Below the pieces are notes generated by a model. It saw nothing but the letters and a program-made list of their open reading frames with translations. It was not told where the DNA came from and made no database searches. The position numbers and the translations under genes are program-made. Shown piece after piece: positions 16,163 to 25,867 of a stretch of 64,000 nucleotides of DNA. The first letter of the stretch is position 1, and the number at the start of each line of letters is the position of its first letter. Source of the DNA: a virus (lineage: Duplodnaviria; Caudoviricetes). The stretch is taken from positions 6,905 through 70,904 of the IMG/VR virus record IMGVR_UViG_3300006201_000013; one strand, given 5' to 3'.

Positions 16163-16951
16163 ATGGGAGAGATAAGCTACGCACCTCTGATAGAGGATAT
16201 GGTGTGGAGCTACTCCCGCATCAAGGCTTTTGATGACTGCCCGTACAGGTGGTATCTGAAATATATCCGACACCTTCACAGTAAGGATATGTTTTTCTCA
16301 GACTATGGCTCCTTCGTCCATAAGCTCATAGAGCTCTATTTCCTGGGCGAGAAGACACGGGATGAGCTGTGCGATATCTATCTGCGAGAGTTCAAAAGCC
16401 GTGTCAAAGGACGAGCTCCAAACCCCAAGGTTTTTGGGAACTACTTCAAGAGTGGTCTCAACTACATCAGAAACATCGCACCGTTCCCTTACCATATGGT
16501 TGCCGTTGAGAAACGTGTTGACTTCAATATGAACGGTATACCCTTTGTGGGTTATATTGACTACCTCGGCGAAAAAGACGGAGAGCTCTACGTTGTGGAT
16601 AACAAGTCCAGAACGTTAAAGCCGAGGAGTACCCGAACAAAACCGACCAAGACCGACGAAGAGCTCGACGCATACTTGAGACAGCTTTACATCTACTCCG
16701 CCGCAGTTGAACAGGAGTATGGCAAGACGCCGAGAAGCCTGTGCTTTAACTGTTTCCGGGCACCAGTCTTCGTTGAAGAGCCATTCCAGGAGCAGGCATA
16801 CGCCGAGTCCAAGAAGTGGCTGGAGGAAAGTGTGGCAAGGATAACGGCGGAGACGGATTTTAAGCCGGACATCGAGTATTTCAGATGTACACACCTCTGC
16901 GAGATGAACGGCCACTGTGAGTATTACAAGCTGTCCCAGAAGAAGAGGTGA
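16163..16951 (+). CDS. PD-(D/E)XK exonuclease (Cas4/AddB-like, 4-Cys staple)
   Basis: WSYSRIKAFDDCPY, VEKRVDF, GYIDYL, VVDNKS, QLYIYS, C-terminal CTHLCEMNGHC. Confidence 0.85.
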   Translation: MGEISYAPLIEDMVWSYSRIKAFDDCPYRWYLKYIRHLHSKDMFFSDYGSFVHKLIELYFLGEKTRDELCDIYLREFKSRVKGRAPNPKVFGNYFKSGLNYIRNIAPFPYHMVAVEKRVDFNMNGIPFVGYIDYLGEKDGELYVVDNKSRTLKPRSTRTKPTKTDEELDAYLRQLYIYSAAVEQEYGKTPRSLCFNCFRAPVFVEEPFQEQAYAESKKWLEESVARITAETDFKPDIEYFRCTHLCEMNGHCEYYKLSQKKR

Positions 16952-16957
16952 TGACGC

Positions 16958-18289
16958 ATGAGAGCGAGCGAAGACATCGCGAGAGTGGACTGCGAGGCCG
17001 GTATCATCGCCACGCTGTTCTATCACCCAGACTACTCCTTCTACTCCGAAGACCTGCTCCCAAACCACTTCACAAACATTGAGAATAGGTATATCTACCA
17101 AGCGATTTGTAGCTTAGCACGGAAGGATATCACGCAAATCGACCCTTACATCATCATTCAGGAGCTGGAGACCAACGAGGCGACCCGTCATCTGGCCGGT
17201 GAGATTACGCCGGAGCAGCTCTACACCATCGTGGACAACACGGATGCGCTGGTTCGCAACACGGTTGAGGGGTATCAGCTCTTGACAAAGGCCGTAAAAG
17301 ACGCAGCCTTTCGGCGTGATACTTTCCAGCAGTTGAGAGAGTGCCAGCAGTTGTGCCTCCAGAAGTCCAGCGACAACATTGAGCAGCGCATCTACCAGCT
17401 TCTGGATGATGTGATGATGGAGTTTTCAGCAGCCAACGATGTTCCACCGTATGCGGAGGTTGTAGATAAGTGCTGGGAGGAGATTGAAAACCGGCAGGGC
17501 AGCGGATACGCCGGTATTCCCTTCAAGTTCCCGGCTCTGAACGACTACGCCACCATTGAACGGGGAGAGCTGTTTATCTTCGGGGCGGAGCAGAAGCAGG
17601 GTAAGAGCATGATGCTCCTCAACTGTGCGGTTGACCTGCTCAAGCAGGATTACGCCGTTTTGTACCTGGACAGTGAGCTGAACACACGGCTTTTCACAGC
17701 CAGAATCCTCGCCCACCTGTCCGGTATTGAGTATAAGCGGCTGACATCCGGCAATTACACCGAGGATGAGAAGAACCGTATCATGCAGGCTAAGGAGTGG
17801 CTGAAAACCCGCAAGTTCACCCACATCTACATTCCAACTTTTGACCAGCAGAGCATCTACACCGCCGTTAAGAAGGTGAAACACACTCAGGGGCTTGACG
17901 TTCTGATTGTGGACTACTTCAAGGGCAAAGGCGAAGGCGACGCATTCGACAGCTATCAAGAGCTTGGGCGTTTCGTCGATATGGTGAAGAACCAGATTTG
18001 TGGCGAGATGAACATCGCAGGAATTGGGGCCGCACAGGCAACGGTGACAGGTAAACTTGCCGACAGCGCCAAAATTGCCCGCAACGCCTCCACGATTGCG
18101 ATGATAACCGACAAGACCCCGGAGGAAATCGAAGCCGACGGGGCGGAATGTGGCAACAAGAAGCTCCGAGTCACTGTAAACCGCAACGGAATGCAGATGA
18201 CACAGGATGAATACATAGACCTGCTCTTTGACGGCAACCACATCCGTTATGAGCAGGCTAAGCAGCACATCCCCCAGACCCCTTATTGA
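16958..18289 (+). CDS. dnaB: Replicative DnaB-family helicase
   Basis: EAGIIATL, Walker A GAEQKQGKS, YLDSEL, LIVDYFK, NRNG. Confidence 0.9.
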   Translation: MRASEDIARVDCEAGIIATLFYHPDYSFYSEDLLPNHFTNIENRYIYQAICSLARKDITQIDPYIIIQELETNEATRHLAGEITPEQLYTIVDNTDALVRNTVEGYQLLTKAVKDAAFRRDTFQQLRECQQLCLQKSSDNIEQRIYQLLDDVMMEFSAANDVPPYAEVVDKCWEEIENRQGSGYAGIPFKFPALNDYATIERGELFIFGAEQKQGKSMMLLNCAVDLLKQDYAVLYLDSELNTRLFTARILAHLSGIEYKRLTSGNYTEDEKNRIMQAKEWLKTRKFTHIYIPTFDQQSIYTAVKKVKHTQGLDVLIVDYFKGKGEGDAFDSYQELGRFVDMVKNQICGEMNIAGIGAAQATVTGKLADSAKIARNASTIAMITDKTPEEIEADGAECGNKKLRVTVNRNGMQMTQDEYIDLLFDGNHIRYEQAKQHIPQTPY

Positions 18290-18330
18290 TTATCAGGCTA
18301 ATTATAATTCATACGAAGGGAGGAGACGGC

Positions 18331-19311
18331 GTGGAACTGTCTGACCTGATAGAGTCGATTGATATCCTGGACTATATCTCGCAGTACACAGAGTTCACAG
18401 AGAAAAACGGTGAATATTGGGCTCTGTCGCCGTTTAAGGACGAGGACACGCCGTCTTTCTCCGTTCGTAGGGAGACAAATTCGTTTTACGATTTCTCTTC
18501 CGGCATCGGAGGCAATGTTTTGACCTTCGTTCGGTACTACGACAAGTGCGGATACACTGAAGCCATCGAAAAGCTGAAAAAATTCAGTGGTTTTGACGGA
18601 ACGGCGACATTCCGCAAGAAGCTGTCGGTGGCAGAGGTCGCAAAACGCTTCTCTCCGCCTAAAAAGAAGCCAAAACAGGCGAAAAGCACGGTTTTGAGCG
18701 ATGACTACATGGAGCGGTACGAGAAGCGGCCTGACAAATTGGCTGTTTGGGAGCAAGAAGGCATCTCCAGGGCGTCTTTGGATAAATTTCAGGTTCGTTA
18801 CGACAGTTTCTCCGACCGGCTGGTCTATCCGATACGGAGTCCAGAGGGCAAAATCGTCAATATAGGCGGCAGAACGTTGGACGAGCACTGGAAGGAGAAA
18901 AATCTCCGAAAATACACCTATTTCATGTCCTGGGGCGAACTGAAGACCATCTATGGGCTTGCTGAAAACATCGAAAACATCAAAAAACAGGGTGAAATCA
19001 TCCTTTTCGAGGGTTGCAAGTCAGTTTTGATGGCCGACACATGGGGAATCAACAACGCAGGGGCTATCTTAACCTCTCATTTGAACCCGAATCAGATGAA
19101 ATTGCTGATTGAATTGGGTTGTAGGGTGGTTTTTGCGTTAGACAAAGACGTTTCCATACGAAGCGACCACAATATAGCCCGTCTAAAGCAGTTTGTGAAT
19201 GTGGAATACATATGGGACGGTGCCGGGCTGCTCAATGAGAAGGACAGCCCGGTAGATAAGGGGCCGGAAGTGTGGAAGAAACTCTACGAAAGGAGGCTAT
19301 CATGGCGTTGA
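18331..19311 (+). CDS. dnaG: DNA primase (DnaG-like, Toprim)
   Basis: PF..EDTPSF N-domain, RLVYPI, GGRTL, LFEGCKSV, FALDKD. Confidence 0.85.
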   Translation: MELSDLIESIDILDYISQYTEFTEKNGEYWALSPFKDEDTPSFSVRRETNSFYDFSSGIGGNVLTFVRYYDKCGYTEAIEKLKKFSGFDGTATFRKKLSVAEVAKRFSPPKKKPKQAKSTVLSDDYMERYEKRPDKLAVWEQEGISRASLDKFQVRYDSFSDRLVYPIRSPEGKIVNIGGRTLDEHWKEKNLRKYTYFMSWGELKTIYGLAENIENIKKQGEIILFEGCKSVLMADTWGINNAGAILTSHLNPNQMKLLIELGCRVVFALDKDVSIRSDHNIARLKQFVNVEYIWDGAGLLNEKDSPVDKGPEVWKKLYERRLSWR

Positions 19312-22300
19312 CAAGACCAACATCAGTTTTTTTGTACCATGTACACTCGGACTACAGCCTGCTGGACTCTGCGACAGACTTCAAGGAGTATGTTGACCTG
19401 GTAAAAGAGTCCGGCGGTACAGCAATCGCCTCAACGGAGCATGGGCTCCCAAGAGGGTGGATTTCTAAAAAGCTGTATTGCGACAAAGTTCGGTGCTATA
19501 GGTGCGATACTTGTACCCGGTCGGAGTGTGCATACAGGGATGATGTAATCCGTCTGCCGAAAGATAAGGGCGGTAAAGACCTTTGCCCTGGTCATCTGAC
19601 GGGCGAAAGCATGGAGGCGACTCCGGCTGGGATAAAGTTCGTCCATGGAGTTGAGATTTACCTCACAGAGCAACTGGAGCCGAAGGTCAGAGACAACTAC
19701 CACACGGTTCTGCTTGCCAAAAACGAGGCCGGAATCCGAGAGTTGAACAAACTCGTCTCTATCTCCAGTGACAAAGCGCATTCCTACTACACCAACCGTA
19801 TCACCTTTGAGGAGTTCCTGGGGATTTCGGACAACATCATCAAGACCAGCGCCTGTTTGGCCAGTCCACTGAATAAGCTCAGCGAGGATAACCCCTGGTA
19901 TGAACGGCTGCTCCGCCACTACGACTATCTGGAGGTACAGCCGCACAACCACCCAGACCAGATTGCTTTCAATCAGAAGCTGGCGAGGTTCTCGAAGAAG
20001 TACGGTATCCCGCTGGTAGCTGGGACGGACACCCACAGCTCCTCCAAGTATAAAGCTGAGTGCCGCAATATCTTGCTCAAAGCGAAGCGGCAGTCTTACG
20101 GTGACGAGGACGCCTTTGACCTGTCTTATAAGACAGTTGATGAACTGCTGGATATGTTCGCCGTCCAGGGCGCTTTGACCGAAGAGGAGTATTTTGCCGC
20201 AATCCAGAACACCAATGAGATTGCGGCAGCCTGCGAGAACTTCTCTCTGGACGGCTCCATCAAGTATCCCATCCTATACGGTTCTCAGGAAGAGGACGAG
20301 AGGATTTTCGAGGCCAGAGCGTGGGAGTCACTTGATGAAAAGCTGGCGTCCGGCATTATTCCTGAGTCCCAGGAGCAGGCGTTCCGCACTGCCATCGCCG
20401 AAGAGCTCCGGGTTTTCAGCAAGCTGAAGATGAGCGGATTTATGCTCTCCATGTCAGACCTCATTCGCTGGTGTAAAGAGAACGGTATGGCCATCGGAAC
20501 AGCTCGTGGCTCTGTCGGCGGGTCGAGGGCGGCCTATGTGACAGACATTATCGACCTGAACCCCGAGACATGGCATACCGTGTTCTCCCGGTTCTGCAAC
20601 GAAGACCGTGAGGAAATCGGGGACATTGACGTAGACGTAGTTTACGATGACCGTCCCAGGATTTTTGAGTATATTACCAGCCGGTTTGGGGCGGACAAGA
20701 CCGCCCGTGTGGCGGCTTACGGCACTCTGGCGGATAAAAGCGTCATTGACGAGGTTTGCCGGGCGCTGGCGAACGGCGGCGAGAAGGATAAATACTCCAT
20801 CGAGAACACCAAGAAAATCAAAAAGGCTTTCGAGGAGAACCCGGAGGCCGCCAAGAAGAGTTTCCCCGAGGTTTTCTACTACTATGACGGTCTGGCTGGA
20901 ACAAAAATCTCTCAGTCTGTCCACCCTGCGGGCATGGTCATCAGTCCAATCACGCTGGATGACAACTATGGGGTTTTTGTCAAGGACGGCGAAACGTGCC
21001 TGCTCATGGACATGGAGGAGGCGCACGAGGTCGGCGTGGCGAAGTACGACTTCCTTGCGCTGAAGACAGTCAAGGTCATTCGTGACACCTGCAACTATAT
21101 CGGTATCCCGTATCCGAGCACCCACATGGTCAACTGGGACGACCAGGAAGTATGGAAGGATATGTGTTCCAACCTGACGGCAATCTTCCAGTTTGAAAGT
21201 GCGTTCGCCGCAGACTGCTTCAAGAAGTTCCAGCCGTCCAACATTTTTGATATGTCGCTGGTCACGGCCTGTATCCGCCCATCCGGCACGTCCTACCGTG
21301 ACCAACTGCTTTCCCGAAAACAGCACCACAACCCATCTGAGATTATCGACGAGCTTCTTGCCGACAACCTGGGTTACCTGATTTATCAGGAGGACACCAT
21401 CAAGTTCCTCCAGCAGATTTGCGGCCTGTCCGGCAGTGAAGCTGATAACGTCAGGCGTGCCATAGGCCGCAAGCAGAAGGACAGGCTGGATACCGCTCTG
21501 CCCTCTATCCTTGAAGGATATTGCTCCAAGTCATCCAGAGAGCGCAGCGTCGCCGAGAACGAGGCCAAGGAGTTCCTGCAAATCATTGAGGACAGCGCTT
21601 CGTACCAGTTCGGCTATAACCACAGCGTCGCCTACTGCCTGCTTGGATACCTATGCGGCTATTTCCGCCACTACTACCCCATGGAGTTCATCACAGCGTT
21701 TCTGAACAATGCTCAGAACGACGATGACATCTCCAACGGCACCGAACTGATGAAGGTCTATGGCGTAAAAATCGCCAATCCCAAATGGGGTGTGTCCCGT
21801 GGCGGCTACTTCTTCGACCGGGAGAATAAGACCGTCTACAAAGGTATGAGTTCTATCAAGTATGTGGGCGAGGCGGTTTCCAACGAACTGTTTGAACTGT
21901 CTCAGTCTAAGCAGTATACATACTTCATGGAGCTTTTGGCGGACATGGAGGAGCATACCAGTCTCGACTCCCGGCAGTTAGACCTGCTCATCAAGATTGA
22001 CTTCTTCAAGGAGTTCGGAAATCAGCGTGAGCTGTTCCGAATCGTGGAGATGTTTAATATGTTCAAGAAGGGTCAGGCCAAGCAGATTAAGAAGACGCTG
22101 GTTGACGGCACCCCGCTGGAGCCCATTGTGAAAAAGTATGCGGTGGGTGTGACCCGTTCCGGCGGCGAGGCAAAGAGCTACACACTCCTTGATGTTATGT
22201 CTATCCTCAGAGGGGCGGAGGAGGCGGTCAAGAGCCTCCATATGGAAGACCTGAACGACATCACGAAGGTTCGGAACTTCTACGATGTCATGGGGTACAT

Positions 22301-22562
22301 CGGGTACACGTCCGATAAGCCGGAAGACAGGAAAAAGCTGTATATCACCGGCATTAAGCCCCTACATAGAAAGCGTGACGACAAGCTGTTTGGATACAGC
22401 CTGTTCACAAAGTCCATCGGAAGCGGGAAAGAGAGCCGGTTCACTGTGTTTTGCAAGGTTTTTGATAAAGAGCCTGTTCAAAAGGGCGACATCATCTACT
22501 GCAAAGCCTGGGAGCGGGACGGAGCCTACTTCAGGATGCTGGACTATGAGAAAGTTTATTGA
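19302..22562 (+). CDS. dnaE: DNA polymerase III alpha subunit (C family)
   Basis: PHP motifs HVHSDYSLLDS, STEHG, HGVE; GTARGSVGGS, DIDVD, VHPAG, KYDFLAL, IFQFES, YQFGYNHSVAY. Confidence 0.95.
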   Translation: MALTRPTSVFLYHVHSDYSLLDSATDFKEYVDLVKESGGTAIASTEHGLPRGWISKKLYCDKVRCYRCDTCTRSECAYRDDVIRLPKDKGGKDLCPGHLTGESMEATPAGIKFVHGVEIYLTEQLEPKVRDNYHTVLLAKNEAGIRELNKLVSISSDKAHSYYTNRITFEEFLGISDNIIKTSACLASPLNKLSEDNPWYERLLRHYDYLEVQPHNHPDQIAFNQKLARFSKKYGIPLVAGTDTHSSSKYKAECRNILLKAKRQSYGDEDAFDLSYKTVDELLDMFAVQGALTEEEYFAAIQNTNEIAAACENFSLDGSIKYPILYGSQEEDERIFEARAWESLDEKLASGIIPESQEQAFRTAIAEELRVFSKLKMSGFMLSMSDLIRWCKENGMAIGTARGSVGGSRAAYVTDIIDLNPETWHTVFSRFCNEDREEIGDIDVDVVYDDRPRIFEYITSRFGADKTARVAAYGTLADKSVIDEVCRALANGGEKDKYSIENTKKIKKAFEENPEAAKKSFPEVFYYYDGLAGTKISQSVHPAGMVISPITLDDNYGVFVKDGETCLLMDMEEAHEVGVAKYDFLALKTVKVIRDTCNYIGIPYPSTHMVNWDDQEVWKDMCSNLTAIFQFESAFAADCFKKFQPSNIFDMSLVTACIRPSGTSYRDQLLSRKQHHNPSEIIDELLADNLGYLIYQEDTIKFLQQICGLSGSEADNVRRAIGRKQKDRLDTALPSILEGYCSKSSRERSVAENEAKEFLQIIEDSASYQFGYNHSVAYCLLGYLCGYFRHYYPMEFITAFLNNAQNDDDISNGTELMKVYGVKIANPKWGVSRGGYFFDRENKTVYKGMSSIKYVGEAVSNELFELSQSKQYTYFMELLADMEEHTSLDSRQLDLLIKIDFFKEFGNQRELFRIVEMFNMFKKGQAKQIKKTLVDGTPLEPIVKKYAVGVTRSGGEAKSYTLLDVMSILRGAEEAVKSLHMEDLNDITKVRNFYDVMGYIGYTSDKPEDRKKLYITGIKPLHRKRDDKLFGYSLFTKSIGSGKESRFTVFCKVFDKEPVQKGDIIYCKAWERDGAYFRMLDYEKVY

Positions 22563-22577
22563 GAAAGGAGCAACCCA

Positions 22578-22952
22578 ATGAAGTGTATCGTTTGTGACCG
22601 CTGTAAGACCATCATCGAGAACCCACGGCGGTGCCGGGTCATCACCTGTGCCCGGCCTCTGAAGCCCCGCACAGCGTGCGACAAGGGCGGCAAGGTTCCC
22701 TACCGTGGGAACGACCCTCAGCAGAACGACCTCCTCTGGGAGAAGGAAATCTGCGACAAGTGCCTGGACGAGCTGGAGGCTTTCTTCGAGGTCGGCGGAG
22801 ATGTCGAACCCCATCCACCTGAGCCTGTGGAGCCAGACCCCGATGTTCCCACCGACCCCGAGAATCCTGATGAGGGCGGTGGTGAAAATCCCGACCCTGG
22901 TGACGGCGGTGGCGAGAATCCTGATGCCGGGGAGGGCGAACCCCAACCCTAA
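22578..22952 (+). CDS. Small CxxC protein with a Pro/Gly/acidic repeat tail
   Basis: CDRC ... CDKC; tail with GGGENPD twice. Confidence 0.7.
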   Translation: MKCIVCDRCKTIIENPRRCRVITCARPLKPRTACDKGGKVPYRGNDPQQNDLLWEKEICDKCLDELEAFFEVGGDVEPHPPEPVEPDPDVPTDPENPDEGGGENPDPGDGGGENPDAGEGEPQP

Positions 22953-22997
22953 ACACATATAAAACCATGATTTGATTTTCGGGAGGAGGTATGTAAC

Positions 22998-23198
22998 TTG
23001 CAGGATGGCAAGATATGTAACCGATGCGGCAGGGAGCTTGACTTCTGGGATGTCCAAGAGGACTTCACAATACATAGACACATCGGTTATGGCAGCGTCC
23101 ACGATGGCGATATCGTCAATCTTCATCTCTGTTGCGACTGTTTCGACAAGATTGTGGATGAGTGCAAGGTTTCCCCTGTTGAGGAGGTGGGCGTATGA
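22998..23198 (+). CDS. Small zinc-finger-like protein
   Basis: CNRC ... CCDC; GGAGGAGG RBS, TTG start. Confidence 0.7.
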   Translation: MQDGKICNRCGRELDFWDVQEDFTIHRHIGYGSVHDGDIVNLHLCCDCFDKIVDECKVSPVEEVGV

Positions 23199-23941
23199 CA
23201 GCAGCAGAATATGGTTCAATGGAGAACCAGGCAATGGCCGCATTGCAGCAGCTTAGAGAGAAAGGCGTCAGCAGGGATGATATTGGAATCCTGATGAGCC
23301 GTGAGGTATACGACATGGCAAAAGCCGGGGGTAACTCGGCATATGCGGTCAGTGTCGAAAATTTCCGGGCAATCTATTGGGGATACGACATCTACGTCAT
23401 CGCCGAAGATTCTCCGCCGATATTCAGTCCAGTCATTACAAGGTTCTCAGACAACTTCGGCGTACTCCAATTCGATGCGGGGACGTTCCTTATCTCAGAG
23501 TCAGACGATGGGACGCTTCGCGTTTATACGAAACCAACACAGGAACACGCATTTTTCTGCGAAACTGAGTTCACCGTATGCCAAGCACATCAAATGGAGA
23601 GAGTTACCTTCGCAGACCGGATTCGTGCCGGACAGGAGCGGGAACGGGGGGAACGGGGGCAGAGGATGTATATGCCTTTGCACGAATGGTCTGACTGGAT
23701 GCCGTATACCGCACTTCAGCCTGATTTTCTCGCCAGTCAGCCAACCTGGAGCGAACTTGAGTGGCAGCTTGACGAGATAGTAGCTACTATGCAACGTGGA
23801 ACTGGGAGCGCAACTCCTAAAAAGAAGAAGGCCCCTCCCAAAAAGGATTGGGACGAGCGGCTCACCCCGGAAGACACCAAGGAACTTGATGAGTTCCTGA
23901 ACAGCCTTACAAGAAAGGGTACGCTGGAATCAGCAACGTAA
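23195..23941 (+). CDS. Hypothetical protein
   Basis: GGAGGTG RBS; start overlaps the upstream stop. Confidence 0.7.
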   Translation: MTAAEYGSMENQAMAALQQLREKGVSRDDIGILMSREVYDMAKAGGNSAYAVSVENFRAIYWGYDIYVIAEDSPPIFSPVITRFSDNFGVLQFDAGTFLISESDDGTLRVYTKPTQEHAFFCETEFTVCQAHQMERVTFADRIRAGQERERGERGQRMYMPLHEWSDWMPYTALQPDFLASQPTWSELEWQLDEIVATMQRGTGSATPKKKKAPPKKDWDERLTPEDTKELDEFLNSLTRKGTLESAT

Positions 23942-24022
23942 GAATCAACCAACAAACCATGGAGAGCCCGGAGCTGCAACAGCTTCTGGGCTCTTTCTCA
24001 TGGACAGTAGAGAGGTAGAACA

Positions 24023-24634
24023 ATGCAAAAAGTTTTCACTATCTTCCTGCTGGCAGCTATGATGTGCGTTTCGGTCTGCGGGTGCAGTAACGCACCTGCC
24101 AGCCCTGAGCCCACACCCACTGTCTTTAAGGTAGAGATTGAAGATGCGGAGCCTGTTGTGACAACACTGTTGTACACCGGCGATGCGGATGCGTTGGAGA
24201 CCGTTATGCCAACGGAGAGCACCACGGAGGTCATGTATTACACCGAGGACGAGGTCGTCATGGTTGCAAAGGTATTGCAGCGGGAATGCGGCGGCTTGCC
24301 AAGCGTCACAGAGCAAGCCTGTGTTGCCTGGACAATCTGTAACCGTGTAGACAGCGATAAGTTCAGCGGAGACACCATCACAGAAATCGTGACGGCACGC
24401 TATCAGTTCGCTTATTACTACGATACGCCAGTGGCCGACGAGTTGTATGACCTTGCGTTAGATGTTTTGACTCGATGGAATGCAGAACGAAATGGTGAAG
24501 TGTTGGTCGGCAGGGTACTACCGAAAGACTACACCTATTTTACAGGGGACGGAGTACATAACTACTTCCGCAACAAATATAAAGGCAGCTACTCCATATG
24601 GGATTACAGCCTTCCGTCCCCATATGAAAGTTGA
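24023..24634 (+). CDS. SleB-like cell wall hydrolase with a lipoprotein signal
   Basis: Signal peptide ending VCGC; MVAKVLQRECGG, VAWTICNRVDS, TITEIVTARYQF. Confidence 0.75.
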   Translation: MQKVFTIFLLAAMMCVSVCGCSNAPASPEPTPTVFKVEIEDAEPVVTTLLYTGDADALETVMPTESTTEVMYYTEDEVVMVAKVLQRECGGLPSVTEQACVAWTICNRVDSDKFSGDTITEIVTARYQFAYYYDTPVADELYDLALDVLTRWNAERNGEVLVGRVLPKDYTYFTGDGVHNYFRNKYKGSYSIWDYSLPSPYES

Positions 24635-24642
24635 GGGAACGT

Positions 24643-25335
24643 ATGGGAAAAGTAATTATCCAGAGCGAATACACCACCCAAAATCCTATCACGATGATTG
24701 GCAAAGAGGCCGGGATATGCTGGGGAGCCGACATTACGGATGACAACAAGAACTACAAGCGTGGGTTGGAGTGCCTTGAGAACGAGCATGGACGGACATT
24801 CGAGTTCCCAGACATCTACACCGTTCTGGATGGGTACTCCGCCAGAGTGATTCGTGAGTGGTATACGCATATCGGCGGAGCGCCTACCCGGCTCCAGGCC
24901 AGCACAAGGTACATCGACTACGAGCACGGGTTCGGATATGTCACACCGCCAAGTATTGCGGGCAACAGTGAGGCATCTGAGGTTTATGACGACCTCATGC
25001 ACTACATCTCCACATCCCTCCAGAGGCTGGACGAGCTCAAGATTCCAAGAGAGGACTCCGCACTTGGCTTGCCGCTGGGTATGGAAACGAAAATGGTGGA
25101 TAAGCGCAACCTACGCAACCTGATTGATATGTCCCACCAGCGTATGTGTACGAGGGCGTACCACGAATATCGCGGGCTGTTCGCTGACTACCGTGCGGCA
25201 CTTAGCGAGTATTCCAACGAGTGGAAATACATAGTTGACAACTACCTCATACCTAAATGCAGCTATATGGGCTTCTGCAAGGAGCGGTACACCTGCGGTA
25301 TGATGCCTCGCAGAGAGGTGGTTGCACATGGGTGA
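24643..25335 (+). CDS. thyX: Flavin-dependent thymidylate synthase, divergent
   Basis: SARVIREWYTH...QASTRYID, ARxxLP-like ALGLPLG, NLRNL, RMCTRAYHEYR. Confidence 0.8.
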   Translation: MGKVIIQSEYTTQNPITMIGKEAGICWGADITDDNKNYKRGLECLENEHGRTFEFPDIYTVLDGYSARVIREWYTHIGGAPTRLQASTRYIDYEHGFGYVTPPSIAGNSEASEVYDDLMHYISTSLQRLDELKIPREDSALGLPLGMETKMVDKRNLRNLIDMSHQRMCTRAYHEYRGLFADYRAALSEYSNEWKYIVDNYLIPKCSYMGFCKERYTCGMMPRREVVAHG

Positions 25336-25441
25336 GTTGGCGCAATACCTGTTCGCCGTGGTTTTGCTCCTGATGCTTCTCGTCTTCATGAGCGGCGGGC
25401 CTCCGAAGGCACAGCCTGAGTATGTTCGCATCAATATTTGA
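25328..25441 (+). CDS. 37-aa membrane peptide (not in the ORF track)
   Basis: MGELAQYLFAVVLLLMLLVFMSGGPPKAQPEYVRINI; GAGGTGG RBS; overlaps the thyX stop. Confidence 0.55.
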   Translation: MGELAQYLFAVVLLLMLLVFMSGGPPKAQPEYVRINI

Positions 25442-25450
25442 GGGTCGCTT

Positions 25451-25867
25451 ATGAAAAGCAGGATTTTGAATCCAAAGCGGATGAAACAGCTCATCGACTT
25501 CAAGGGGATTGAGCTGGATGGTGGGATATACCCAACCGATATCGACGGGATAATCGAGTACCGTGATTCTGAGTACATAATCCTGGAGGTCAAACACAGT
25601 AAAGCCAAAGTCCCATGGGGGCAACGGCTCTGCCTCCAGCGAATGGTGGATGACTTCACCAAAACAGGTAAAAAGGCGGTCGCTATTGTGTGCGAACACG
25701 AGGTGGACAACCCTGACAAACCCATCGTAGCGGCTTTCTGCAATGTCAGAGAGCTTTACTACGGCGGGGAGATGAAATGGCGGCCACCTGACGAGCCCAT
25801 GACTGTCCGGCAGGCGGTTCTCAGTTTTCGCAGGTACTCCAAGAAACAAAAGGGAGGTAAGAAGTGA
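25451..25867 (+). CDS. Small PD-(D/E)XK-fold protein
   Basis: YPTDIDGIIEY...IILEVKH. Confidence 0.6.
   Translation: MKSRILNPKRMKQLIDFKGIELDGGIYPTDIDGIIEYRDSEYIILEVKHSKAKVPWGQRLCLQRMVDDFTKTGKKAVAIVCEHEVDNPDKPIVAAFCNVRELYYGGEMKWRPPDEPMTVRQAVLSFRRYSKKQKGGKK

Noticed and set aside
16163-16951. Cas4 as part of a CRISPR-Cas locus
   Set aside because: No cas1/cas2 or array; context is ERF-SSB-helicase recombination. No CRISPR array was seen anywhere in the window.
19488-19625. Intein in DnaE
   Set aside because: Only 46 aa and without intein terminal residues. NrdD and DnaB are also normal length, with no intein or intron evident.
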